Assembly (NCBI GenBank): GCA_020721345.1
Contig: DYMX01000001.1
Coordinates: forward strand, 9,960 to 73,959
Direction of reading: 5' to 3'
Length of the DNA: 64,000 bases
Origin: Sulfurovum sp.
GTDB taxonomy: Bacteria; Campylobacterota; Campylobacteria; Campylobacterales; Sulfurovaceae
Below the pieces are notes generated by a model that was not told the DNA's origin, searched no databases, and saw only the letters and a list, made by a program, of their open reading frames with translations. How positions within the stretch are numbered: position 1 is the stretch's first letter; each line of letters opens with the position of its first letter. Shown one piece after another: positions 55,416-64,000 of this stretch. The translations under genes and the position numbers were made by a program.

Positions 55416-56150
55416 TTATCCTAAAATCTTATTTATTGTAAGCAAAAATATAAGAACATAAAAAACTACCAAAAATTTTTTATAATGCGTTATCTTTATT
55501 TTTTGCAAAAGCCATATTCCTATCCATATACCAAAAAGCGAACCTATACCTAAAAGCAGTCCATGTTTATAATCCATAAGACCTAAAAATGAGAGCGATA
55601 CAAACGATGAAAACGATGAAAATATCACAAAGAATAGTCCAACTGCCGAAGCTTTTTTAAGTGAAAAACCTAGAAAACTTACAAGTATCGGAGTCATCAG
55701 TATAGAACCGCCGACACCGAGCATTCCTGAAAATATACCTATACCAAACCCTATTGCCGTATATAAATACGGATTATATATTTCTTCTTTTGAAGGCTGC
55801 GGATTTGACAAGAACAGCTTAACAAGCGTAAATACCACTAATGATAAAAACAGCCATTCCAAAATATCAGACTCAAGAACTTTTACCAAATATGCGCCTA
55901 TAATAGCTCCGACTATTCCGCCGTATCCAAAATAGACTTTTTTTGAAGCATTATAAGTACCGCTTTTTCTATGTATAAAAAAACCTAAAATTGAGCCGAT
56001 CAACATTTGGAAAACCGATATACTGATCGCTTGCTTTATATCAAATCCCATATAAAGCAGTATGGGAACACTTACCGTTCCACCGCCGATCCCAAAGAAA
56101 CCGGACAATATCCCAACAAATATACCGACTGCTATAAGCAATGATTCCAT
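55416..56150 (-). CDS. TauE/SafE (DUF81) family anion exporter membrane protein
   Basis: A polytopic 244-aa protein with the duplicated G.GGG motif (SGFFGIGGGT and SGMLGVGGS). Confidence 0.8.
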   Translation of the reverse strand: MESLLIAVGIFVGILSGFFGIGGGTVSVPILLYMGFDIKQAISISVFQMLIGSILGFFIHRKSGTYNASKKVYFGYGGIVGAIIGAYLVKVLESDILEWLFLSLVVFTLVKLFLSNPQPSKEEIYNPYLYTAIGFGIGIFSGMLGVGGSILMTPILVSFLGFSLKKASAVGLFFVIFSSFSSFVSLSFLGLMDYKHGLLLGIGSLFGIWIGIWLLQKIKITHYKKFLVVFYVLIFLLTINKILG

Positions 56151-56236
56151 TTATTAACTCCAAAAATTAAGACAATATTATATCATAATTTAGACTTTTA
56201 TCGTATAATTGCACATTCTAAACTACAAGGATTACG

Positions 56237-57103
56237 ATGAAGATTGTCAATCTGTTTTTACTATCTATAATCCTTTTTTTTACAGGATGCAATGAGGGTC
56301 AGAAAAACATAATTGTGCCTAAACCTGCGCACAAAAAACCGAAAATCGCTATAGCTTTTGGAGGCGGAGCCGCAAAAGGATTTGCTCATATAGGCGTTAT
56401 AAAAGTGTTGGAGCAAAACGGCATAAAACCAAACATTATCACAGGCACAAGCGCGGGTGCCGTCATAGGAAGTCTTTATGCGTCCGGAATGAACAGCATA
56501 GAACTTCAACAAAAAGCCATGGACCTTGAAACTGACGGGCTGATGGACTTTACGCTCTCTACAGACGGTTTTATAAAAGGTATTGCGCTGCAAAATTTTA
56601 TAAATAGATCCGTGCAAAACAGACCCATACAAAATCTCAAAATTCCGCTGGGAATTGTTGCAACAAACAAAAATACCGGCGCAACCGCAGTTTTTACATC
56701 AGGAAACACCGGACAGGCAGTAAGAGCAAGCGCAAGCGTACCGAATGTTTTTCAAGCGATAAAAATAGGAAGCAACTTTTATGTTGACGGGGGACTTACC
56801 CAGCCTGTGCCAGTAAGCGCTGCAAAAAGAATGGGCGCGGACATAGTAATAGCGATCGATATATCGGCAAAACCGAAAAGCGGCGTTAGCGGACTGCTTG
56901 AAACGCTTGATCAAAGCATCAATATCATGAGTCAAGTTGCCCTAAACAGTGAACTCAAAAAAGCAAATATTGTTATAAAACCGAATTTAGAAAGACTTAG
57001 CTCTGTCTCTTTTGATTCAAAGCATCAAGCGATTTTGGAAGGTGAAAAAGCGGCGATCAAAATGTTGCCGGCTATTAAGAAAATTATAGCGAATTATAAA
57101 TAA
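56237..57103 (+). CDS. patatin-like phospholipase, lipoprotein
   Basis: Lipobox (LFFTG-C), oxyanion GGGAAKG, nucleophile GTSAG and the catalytic DGG. Confidence 0.85.
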   Translation: MKIVNLFLLSIILFFTGCNEGQKNIIVPKPAHKKPKIAIAFGGGAAKGFAHIGVIKVLEQNGIKPNIITGTSAGAVIGSLYASGMNSIELQQKAMDLETDGLMDFTLSTDGFIKGIALQNFINRSVQNRPIQNLKIPLGIVATNKNTGATAVFTSGNTGQAVRASASVPNVFQAIKIGSNFYVDGGLTQPVPVSAAKRMGADIVIAIDISAKPKSGVSGLLETLDQSINIMSQVALNSELKKANIVIKPNLERLSSVSFDSKHQAILEGEKAAIKMLPAIKKIIANYK

Positions 57104-57118
57104 TAAACTATAAAACAC

Positions 57119-57682
57119 TTAGCAAAAATTACTGAGTGTTCCGCCTTTTATCATCTCGTATGTTTCTACGCCGACAAGCGTTTTGACTATCTCAAGTCCA
57201 AAACATATAGCAGTTCCAGGACCCCTTGAAGTCATTACCTTGCCGTCAACAACAACTTTTTGCTTATCGGTATAGCCCTCTATTCTTATCTGCTCTTGAA
57301 CTGATGGATAACATGTATATTTATGATTTAATACTCCTGCAACATGAAGTGCGTAAGGAGATGCGCATATAGCGCCTATATATTTGTCTTTGGATTTAAA
57401 TTCTTTCAGTAAAGATTGGACTTTTTTATCTTGGGCAAGTCTATTTGTTCCGCCATGTCCGCCGGGCAGAACTATCATGTCATAATCATCAGATATAACG
57501 AAATTGATATCAATTTGACCTTGTATTACAATGCCGTTCGCGCCAGTTACGAGATCACTTGCAAACTCATCGCCAAGATAGGCAATATCTACATCTATCC
57601 CGCCTCTTCGCATGATGTCGATAAGATTAACGGCTTCGATCTCTTCAAAACCGATCGCTAATGGAACAAGTACTTTTGCCAT
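57119..57682 (-). CDS. DJ-1/PfpI family protein
   Basis: Class-I glutamine amidotransferase-like fold with the nucleophile elbow IGAICASP. Confidence 0.85.
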   Translation of the reverse strand: MAKVLVPLAIGFEEIEAVNLIDIMRRGGIDVDIAYLGDEFASDLVTGANGIVIQGQIDINFVISDDYDMIVLPGGHGGTNRLAQDKKVQSLLKEFKSKDKYIGAICASPYALHVAGVLNHKYTCYPSVQEQIRIEGYTDKQKVVVDGKVMTSRGPGTAICFGLEIVKTLVGVETYEMIKGGTLSNFC

Positions 57683-57694
57683 GATTTCCTCCGA

Positions 57695-58261
57695 CTATTT
57701 TGCTTTTTCTAGATAAACGCCTTCAACTGTATCGACTTTTATCATTTCACCCTCTAGGATGTGGAAAGGCACTTGAACAACAGCGCCGCTCTCTAGTGTT
57801 GCCGGTTTTTTGCCGCCTTGGCTGTCACCTTTGAAGTTTGGCGGAGTTTCTACTACTTTAAGCACAACTGTTTGAGGTATCTCAACTGATATTGCTTTTC
57901 CGTTATGGAACAAGATATCAGCGTTCATGCCGTCGATCATAAAACTAAATGTATCTTCTCCTACTTGCATTCTAGTTAGTCCTATCTGCTCATAAGTCTC
58001 ATTATCCATAAATTGCAGATACTCGCCGTCATCATAAAGATACTGCATAGTTTTTTGCTCAAGCGCTGGAACTTCAAACTTATCACCTGCATGAATAGTT
58101 TTTTCTATTACCTTACCGCTGCTCAAGTGCTTTATCTTGCATCTAACAAATGCCGCGCCTTTGCCCGGTTTAACATGTTGAAATTCTATAACTTTGTATG
58201 GATTTCCATCAAGCTCAAGTCTAACGCCTTTTTTGATATCACCCATGCCTATTGTAGCCAT
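57695..58261 (-). CDS. efp: translation elongation factor P
   Basis: 188 aa, with [11 protein letters not shown] containing the conserved modified-Lys loop. Confidence 0.95.
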   Translation of the reverse strand: MATIGMGDIKKGVRLELDGNPYKVIEFQHVKPGKGAAFVRCKIKHLSSGKVIEKTIHAGDKFEVPALEQKTMQYLYDDGEYLQFMDNETYEQIGLTRMQVGEDTFSFMIDGMNADILFHNGKAISVEIPQTVVLKVVETPPNFKGDSQGGKKPATLESGAVVQVPFHILEGEMIKVDTVEGVYLEKAK

Positions 58262-58374
58262 TAATAATCCTTTTATAAAATAAAATATATCAATTATACC
58301 CTATGATTGGTTAAAGAAGCGAAAATTGGAGATATCGCCACTCCTGCTTTCGCGGGAATAACGATTTTTTTTGA

Positions 58375-60099
58375 CTATTTTGTTATGACAATATTATCTT
58401 TTGCTTCACAAGCCTCAGGCTCAAAATCCATAGCTTTAGAGTTATCCATAAGTATAGGAATAAACAAAAGTGATACAAAAACAGCCGCTACGGTACCAGA
58501 AATTAGAGCAACGCCAAGTCCTCCAAATATAGGGTCACTTGCAAGCAATGCAGAACCTAGTATGATCGCAATAGCTGTTAATGCTATTGGTTTTGCTCTT
58601 GTAGCAGCAGCAACGGCAATAGCTCTTCTTTTTGGTATACCGTGGCACACCATAAGAGATTTTGCAAAATCAATCAGTAGCAATGAGTTTCTCGAACTAA
58701 TACCCATAAGCGCTATAAAGCCTATAAGCGAGGTTGCTGTTAAAAAGAAGGTATCGGTTGTTACGATGTCTGCAACAAGATGTCCGAAAATAACTCCTAT
58801 AATAGAGAGAAATGAGCCCAAAAGCACGATTCCGCTAAGCGCAAAACTTTTATAGTATATAACAAGCAATAAGAAAATAAGCACAAGCGCAGCTATAAAT
58901 GCGCCGCCAAGATCTCTAAAGGTATCAAGTGTGACTTTCATCTCACCATCCCATCTAAGCAAGAACTCTTCGCCGGTTTTCTTATCTTTCAAATTCAGAT
59001 CGAACATATATGTCGACATGCCCGGAACTTTGCTAACTTCATAATTTTTTGAAAAATACTCCATCATCTTGTCTCGTGCATCAAGCAAAGGATAAACTTG
59101 TGACACCATATCTGTTTCGGCTACGACATTCATCATTTTATTTAAGTTTTTATGCATGATCACAGGATTATTTTCAATTTTTTTCAAAGTAATAAGTTCG
59201 CTAACCGGTATTTGCATACCCATTTGATTCATAAGATTCAAAGATGATAGTTTAAACATCACTTCATCTTCACTCGATGATGCTATACTCTTACTCTCTT
59301 TATCCAGTGATAGAAATATCGGTATCTGATCGGAATAATCCTGATTGTTTTTCTGACCTACTACCATACCTTCAAATGCCAAATAAAGTATATTATTAAG
59401 CTGCTCGACACTCACGCCGCTTTGTGCGATTTTTTCTTTATCCGGTATCAGTTGATATTTTTGATAAAGCTTGTCCCCCACTATATCAACATCCACAAGC
59501 CCATCTGTATGACTTAAGATATTTACAACTTCATTTGATATATTTCGTATCTTTTTATTATCGTTTCCATATACTTCAACTACGATTGATGCCATTGTAG
59601 GAGGACCTGCGGGCTGTTCTACAAACTTAATAGATGTATTTTTTACTATATTGCTGCACTCTTTTTGAATGATGGGCCTGAGCCTTTGTGTCATTAGATA
59701 TGAAGGCTCGTCTCTTTCGTGTTTATCTGTTAGATTAACGGATATTTCTGCAACATTTTCACTTTGCTTCATTCCGCTTCCTTTTACCAGACCTGCGTAA
59801 TCGAGTGGCAGTCCTTGACCTAAAAACAATTCAATATTTAGAACCTCTTTCTCTTTTTTTAATATATCGACAGCACACCCGCTTATTTTATTTGTCTGCT
59901 CTATTGATGTACCTGATGGCGCATCAACATACAAAGAAAAGGTATTGTCACTTTTACCGGGAAGCATTTTTGCCAATACTATTTTTGTAGGGAACATCAA
60001 AATTGCCAATACAAATGCTAATGCAGTGAGCAGCAATACCATCTTTTTCTTTTTTGGCGTATTTAAAATTTCATAGACAAAACTTTCAAACTTTTCCAT
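58375..60099 (-). CDS. RND efflux permease, C-terminal half (TM7-TM12 with the second periplasmic loop)
   Basis: 574 aa. An N-terminal TM is followed by a large periplasmic domain and a cluster of five or more TMs, resembling the second repeat of AcrB/CmeF. The ATG overlaps the upstream stop (TAATG) and is preceded by GAAGGGA. Confidence 0.8.
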   Translation of the reverse strand: MEKFESFVYEILNTPKKKKMVLLLTALAFVLAILMFPTKIVLAKMLPGKSDNTFSLYVDAPSGTSIEQTNKISGCAVDILKKEKEVLNIELFLGQGLPLDYAGLVKGSGMKQSENVAEISVNLTDKHERDEPSYLMTQRLRPIIQKECSNIVKNTSIKFVEQPAGPPTMASIVVEVYGNDNKKIRNISNEVVNILSHTDGLVDVDIVGDKLYQKYQLIPDKEKIAQSGVSVEQLNNILYLAFEGMVVGQKNNQDYSDQIPIFLSLDKESKSIASSSEDEVMFKLSSLNLMNQMGMQIPVSELITLKKIENNPVIMHKNLNKMMNVVAETDMVSQVYPLLDARDKMMEYFSKNYEVSKVPGMSTYMFDLNLKDKKTGEEFLLRWDGEMKVTLDTFRDLGGAFIAALVLIFLLLVIYYKSFALSGIVLLGSFLSIIGVIFGHLVADIVTTDTFFLTATSLIGFIALMGISSRNSLLLIDFAKSLMVCHGIPKRRAIAVAAATRAKPIALTAIAIILGSALLASDPIFGGLGVALISGTVAAVFVSLLFIPILMDNSKAMDFEPEACEAKDNIVITK

Positions 60100-61706
60100 T
60101 ATTTTGTCCCTTCACTGTGATGATTGTCGTGTTTTGGTTTTTTTAAAAGCTTCAAAGCCAAATATGGTGTAAATATATATGCAACAAACAAAGATGCCAC
60201 AAGCGCAACAGGAACATTAAGCGGAATTGGCTTCATAAACGATCCCATCATGCCACCTACAAACGCCATAGGAACCATTGTCAAGATAATGGCGAGCGTT
60301 GCAATGTTTGTCGGCGGTCCTATCTCATCTGTTGCCTCTACTAGCAGCTCTTCTATGCTCTCATGGTTTGAAGTATGCGAATGCAAATGCCTGTGTATAT
60401 TTTCTATAACTATGATAGCCGCATCGACCAAAAGACCTAAAGAAAGCAAAAATGCGAACAGTGTGATCCTGTTGATACTTTGTCCACCTAAATTTGCTAT
60501 GAAAAGCGTAATGGCTAAAATAGCAGGAACGGTAAAAGTAACTATCAATGACTCTCTCCAGCCAAGCGCAAATATGAGCATTATTGAAATTATAATAATT
60601 GTAATAATAAGGTGATGCATTAGTTCATTGACGGCATTATCTGCTCTTACGCCGTAGTTTCTTGTGATCACATAGCCTATGCCTGCGTCTGAAAGCGACT
60701 TTTCGTTCTTTTTCAAAACTTCCATTACATTATTGGCAACATTAACTGCATTAGTGCCTGCTAACTTTGATATGCTAAGCGTGGTTTGGGTATATTCTTT
60801 GCTCATCTTAGAATCCACATCATCTTTATGCCAAATTGATGCGTTTTTGAAGTTTTGAACATCAGTACCTTCTGTTACGGTAGCAACATCTCTAAGATAT
60901 ATAAGCGATCCGCCGTAATCGGCAACAGCGATATTGCCGACATCTTCTGCATTTTCAATAGCATTTTTAATGCCAAATACAACAAGCTGTCCATCATTTG
61001 TTCTGCTTTTAACATCAGGGACATTACTTGCTACGGATTTTACTCCTTGCATGATCTGACCCAAAGAGAGATTGTATCCTGCAAGTTTATTTAGGTCAAC
61101 TTGAACATTGTATTGAGTTTTATGCTCTCCTTTTAGCGAAGTCTTGGATACATTTTCAACTTCATTTATCTGCTGCTGCAAGGATCTTACTTTGTTATAC
61201 AAAGTAACTTGATTGACTTTTTTAGGATCTTTTACATAAAAAGCCGCGGTAACCATAGGAATATCTATATCGATATCAAAAGGTTTGATAAGCGGCTGCA
61301 TAGCGCCCTTTGGAAGTTCATCCATATTTTGCATAACTTTATCATAAAGCTTCAGATTTGAGTCTTCTCTGTTTTCTCCGATATGGTACATAACATTTAT
61401 AACACCTACATTATCCATTGCCATGCCGTAGATATGCTCTATCCCTTTGATCTCTCTAAGTTTTCTCTCCAGTGAATTAACAATAACTTTTTCTATTTCT
61501 GCAGCCGTTGCGCCCGGCATTACTATCATTACGCTTCCGCCGCTTATAGCGATCTGCGGATCTTCTTCTCTAGGCATAATATTTAAAGACAGATACCCCA
61601 TAAAAAGCAAAAAAGCGCCGAGAAGCGCTGTTAGGGGATTTTTTAGAAAACCAAGAGCAAGCTTTCCTGCAATATCTTTGACTTTATATGAAATTATTTC
61701 TTTCAT
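60099..61706 (-). CDS. RND efflux permease, N-terminal half (TM1-TM6 with the first periplasmic loop)
   Basis: 535 aa with an AcrB-like N-terminus (LTALLGAFLLFMGYLSLNIMPREEDPQI) and a TM2-6 cluster. It ends in a short polar tail where full-length RND pumps have the central cytoplasmic loop. Confidence 0.8.
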   Translation of the reverse strand: MKEIISYKVKDIAGKLALGFLKNPLTALLGAFLLFMGYLSLNIMPREEDPQIAISGGSVMIVMPGATAAEIEKVIVNSLERKLREIKGIEHIYGMAMDNVGVINVMYHIGENREDSNLKLYDKVMQNMDELPKGAMQPLIKPFDIDIDIPMVTAAFYVKDPKKVNQVTLYNKVRSLQQQINEVENVSKTSLKGEHKTQYNVQVDLNKLAGYNLSLGQIMQGVKSVASNVPDVKSRTNDGQLVVFGIKNAIENAEDVGNIAVADYGGSLIYLRDVATVTEGTDVQNFKNASIWHKDDVDSKMSKEYTQTTLSISKLAGTNAVNVANNVMEVLKKNEKSLSDAGIGYVITRNYGVRADNAVNELMHHLIITIIIISIMLIFALGWRESLIVTFTVPAILAITLFIANLGGQSINRITLFAFLLSLGLLVDAAIIVIENIHRHLHSHTSNHESIEELLVEATDEIGPPTNIATLAIILTMVPMAFVGGMMGSFMKPIPLNVPVALVASLFVAYIFTPYLALKLLKKPKHDNHHSEGTK

Positions 61707-61716
61707 TAATATCTTC

Positions 61717-62427
61717 TTAAATTAAAATATTTACTCTAGCATACATGCCAGGATACACCATCGTGCTGCCTCTATCAAATTTTATTTTGATAGTAAATTT
61801 ATGTGTCATTGGATTTGATGCCGGTATTATAGACGAAACAACACCTGTTGTTTTTAATCCTGCTGATGGAACTTCTACTTTTACGCTTTGACCGATCTTA
61901 ATATTTTTAAGATTACTTTCGCTGATTTCAGCCATAACCCTAAGTCTGCTCATATCCGTCAAAACAAGTGCCGGCATGCCAGGCGCTGCCATCTCGCCTT
62001 GATTTAGTTTTTTGGCAACTATAATTCCGTCATTCGGCGCTCTAACTTGCAAATAATTATCTTGTGTCTCAGCAATTCTAACCATCTCTCTTTGGTTTTT
62101 TGCAGCAAGCCTTAGATTTTCAAGATCATATCTAGAAACCATACCTTTTTTATAAAGTCTCTCATGTCTTGCCAAATTTGTTTCTATATTGCTTAACTGA
62201 TTTCTTTGCATAGTAATAGCAGAATTATTTTCAGTTGAATCTATAACATACAAAAGCTGACCTTTTTTAACAAAATCACCTTCGCTTACCAGCATTTTTT
62301 TAACATATCCCATATTTCGGCTTGTTAACATTTTTTGATTGTCCGATATTACGCTGCCGCTTAAAGTTATATTTGCTCCAAAAGTATATACCGTAGCTAG
62401 CAATATTGCTAAAATTTTCAATTTCAT
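61717..62427 (-). CDS. short membrane-fusion (periplasmic adaptor) protein, CmeE-like
   Basis: Signal/anchor sequence, a biotinyl-lipoyl-like region (VKKGQLLYVID), a short hairpin and a beta-barrel. At 236 aa it is much shorter than AcrA-type adaptors. Confidence 0.7.
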   Translation of the reverse strand: MKLKILAILLATVYTFGANITLSGSVISDNQKMLTSRNMGYVKKMLVSEGDFVKKGQLLYVIDSTENNSAITMQRNQLSNIETNLARHERLYKKGMVSRYDLENLRLAAKNQREMVRIAETQDNYLQVRAPNDGIIVAKKLNQGEMAAPGMPALVLTDMSRLRVMAEISESNLKNIKIGQSVKVEVPSAGLKTTGVVSSIIPASNPMTHKFTIKIKFDRGSTMVYPGMYARVNILI

Positions 62428-62430
62428 ACC

Positions 62431-63783
62431 CTATTCTCCTTCTTTTATTATCGTATCAAGTTCAAATGCTTTTGCATTATAATTATTTTTAGTTGTTAAT
62501 AGTTTTAGTAAAACTTCTGATTCTTTTGACTGCTTTACCAAAACATCGCCTATGGATATCATGCCCTCTTTGTATTTTGCCAAATAATTTTCATATATTT
62601 GTGATGCAAATTTTAGTCTTGCCTCATCACTTTTAACCATCTCTAAATTACTTAGCGCTTCACTTTGCAACTGTTTGACTTTTAGCTCGGTTCCGGATTT
62701 TGCCATTTCAACTTGAGTCATAGTTTTAAAATTTTCAATTTTTGCTTTTTGAAGATTAAGACTGTCGCTAAAACCATTGAACAAATTCCAAGAAGCCTGC
62801 ACGCCGATAGTATAAAAATCTTTATCGTGAAAATCACTAAAAATAATATTATCAGCGCTTCCATATTCTGCAAATGCACCTATTGTCGGGAAGAAAGATA
62901 CTCTTTGCAGCCACAGGGCATCTTTTGTGATATCAAGCCCAATGAGCGCTTTTTGAATATCATAACTATTTGTTTCGATCTCTTTTTTACCAGGAATGTT
63001 CAAAGGAGCCATTTCGCTTGTTTTTTTGATAGACTCAACTTCTGTATTTAGCAAAAACGATAGATACTGATATGCAACTTCTCTATTGAGTTTTGCTTGT
63101 ATCAACATACTCCCTGCGTCTGCTTTGTGCGCTTGAACTTCAAGAAGGTCTGTTTGTATGGCATAACCCTCTTTTACCATCTCTTTTACTATTGATTCGA
63201 GCCTGTCAATATTGTTAGTAATTTTTGATAGGTTTGTTATATAGTTCTCGACCAATGTTATATCATGAAATGTTTTTTTTGTTTCATAAACTTTTTGAGC
63301 TACCACTTTATCTTTGTCTATCTTGCTCATTTCGTACATTTTGTGGGCTATAGAACTATATAGAGTTATTTTACCGCCCGTAAAAAGAGGAACTTGATAT
63401 GAAACTTTTGTAAGATAGTGATTTCTTGCTTTTGGGTAGTTAAGATCGTATGGTTGAACAGATAGTACATTTGGGTTTGCAGGATCAAATTCACCGACAC
63501 CAAAATCACCAAAACTTGCTTCTCTGCTTTGGAGCTTGAATCCAAATACATTTCCCGCATCATTAGATCTCATTGCGCTTAGCGTTGCATCTATTTTACC
63601 AAATCTCATACTATTTGGAAGTTTTGATTCAATTCTTTTCATCTGAGAATCAAAATCGGCTATTTTAATTTCTAGATTTTTTTGCTTTAAAATATTTAAC
63701 GCTTCTTTTAGCTCAAGATTTACTTCCCCACCGAACATGGGAATAGTAAAACACATGAGTATGAGATAATTTCTCACCTTCAT
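62431..63783 (-). CDS. TolC-family outer-membrane efflux protein, CmeD-like
   Basis: 450 aa with a signal peptide and two repeats of coiled-coil/beta segments typical of OEP-family proteins. It is the first gene of the efflux operon. Confidence 0.8.
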   Translation of the reverse strand: MKVRNYLILMCFTIPMFGGEVNLELKEALNILKQKNLEIKIADFDSQMKRIESKLPNSMRFGKIDATLSAMRSNDAGNVFGFKLQSREASFGDFGVGEFDPANPNVLSVQPYDLNYPKARNHYLTKVSYQVPLFTGGKITLYSSIAHKMYEMSKIDKDKVVAQKVYETKKTFHDITLVENYITNLSKITNNIDRLESIVKEMVKEGYAIQTDLLEVQAHKADAGSMLIQAKLNREVAYQYLSFLLNTEVESIKKTSEMAPLNIPGKKEIETNSYDIQKALIGLDITKDALWLQRVSFFPTIGAFAEYGSADNIIFSDFHDKDFYTIGVQASWNLFNGFSDSLNLQKAKIENFKTMTQVEMAKSGTELKVKQLQSEALSNLEMVKSDEARLKFASQIYENYLAKYKEGMISIGDVLVKQSKESEVLLKLLTTKNNYNAKAFELDTIIKEGE

Positions 63784-63846
63784 GCAGACTCCTTAATATA
63801 ATATATATGTTTTGTAATTTTTCAGAGTAGCAAAATCAAGTGTTTA

Positions 63847-64000
63847 TTATATCGTTGCAGAAGATACGTTTATACAGGCTTTTAATTGTGCTAACTCTTC
63901 AAGTAATTCTTTTTTGATTTCACCGTCAACTCTAACAACCGCTAGAGCTTGTTTTTTATTATCTCTGCCTAGTCTAAAATCAGAAATATTTAGATTATAC
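63847..64000 (-). CDS. serA: 3' end of D-3-phosphoglycerate dehydrogenase (C-terminal ACT domain); the gene runs off the right edge
   Basis: The translation YNLNISDFRLGRDNKKQALAVVRVDGEIKKELLEELAQLKACINVSSATI* fits the SerA C-terminal pattern (NIa.m.vGR....A.mvi.vD..v...vl..l). Confidence 0.5.
   Translation of the reverse strand, partial: YNLNISDFRLGRDNKKQALAVVRVDGEIKKELLEELAQLKACINVSSATI

Noticed and set aside
58307-58855. 182-aa plus-strand ORF
   Set aside because: It is antisense to the C-terminal TM bundle of the RND half-transporter. Its hydrophobic Ala/Ile-rich translation mirrors the TM codons.
1-64000. CRISPR arrays, tRNA or rRNA genes, transposases, and homopolymeric G/C phase-variation tracts
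   Set aside because: Reading through the intergenic regions, I saw no spaced direct-repeat array, no cloverleaf-like GC-rich segment other than rnpB, and no G/C run longer than 5. This was a visual inspection only, not an exhaustive computation.

Overview
AT-rich chromosomal segment, probably about one-third GC (judged by eye, not computed). Gene content and order point to Campylobacterota, most like a Campylobacter-type genome. The supporting features are icd-mdh-fumC-sucCD-oorDABC, a monomeric isocitrate dehydrogenase, a fused CcsBA cytochrome c synthase, a split pyruvate carboxylase (PycA/PycB) beside pckA, and a CmeDEF-like efflux operon. I support about 60 protein genes, mostly on the minus strand, plus one RNA gene (RNase P RNA, rnpB). 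I saw no rRNA, tRNA, CRISPR array, integrase or transposase. Most of the window is housekeeping: TCA cycle, dnaE, polA, uvrA, efp, greA, argCD, surE and serB. Two accessory islands stand out. Island A (about 17.3-20.9 kb, next to dnaE) has six small genes: a wHTH-WYL-WCX regulator, a PD-(D/E)xK nuclease-like protein, a GGCT/AIG2-like enzyme translationally coupled to an LRV/HEAT-repeat protein, and two orphans. Three of its promoters carry the same 19-bp palindromic operator exactly 9 nt from the -10 box. This is my best candidate for an undescribed, regulated conflict or defence system. Island B (about 43.4-49.1 kb, between ccsBA and polA) carries an ORF6N/KilA-N-like gene, an HTH-ImmA/IrrE metallopeptidase plus DUF4411 (PIN-like) pair, and a 1012-aa Type IIG restriction-modification enzyme. 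The methyltransferase core of that enzyme holds an in-frame GC-rich palindromic mini-element, and the island's right edge truncates a ycgN-like gene. Other oddities are two in-frame internal-deletion relics (a molybdoenzyme and mscL), an RND pump split into two translationally coupled halves, a family of GTCAT-hairpin REP-like elements, and a small operon beside rnpB with Fur-box-like operators. All functional calls rest on motifs I recognise in the supplied translations. No database search was possible.
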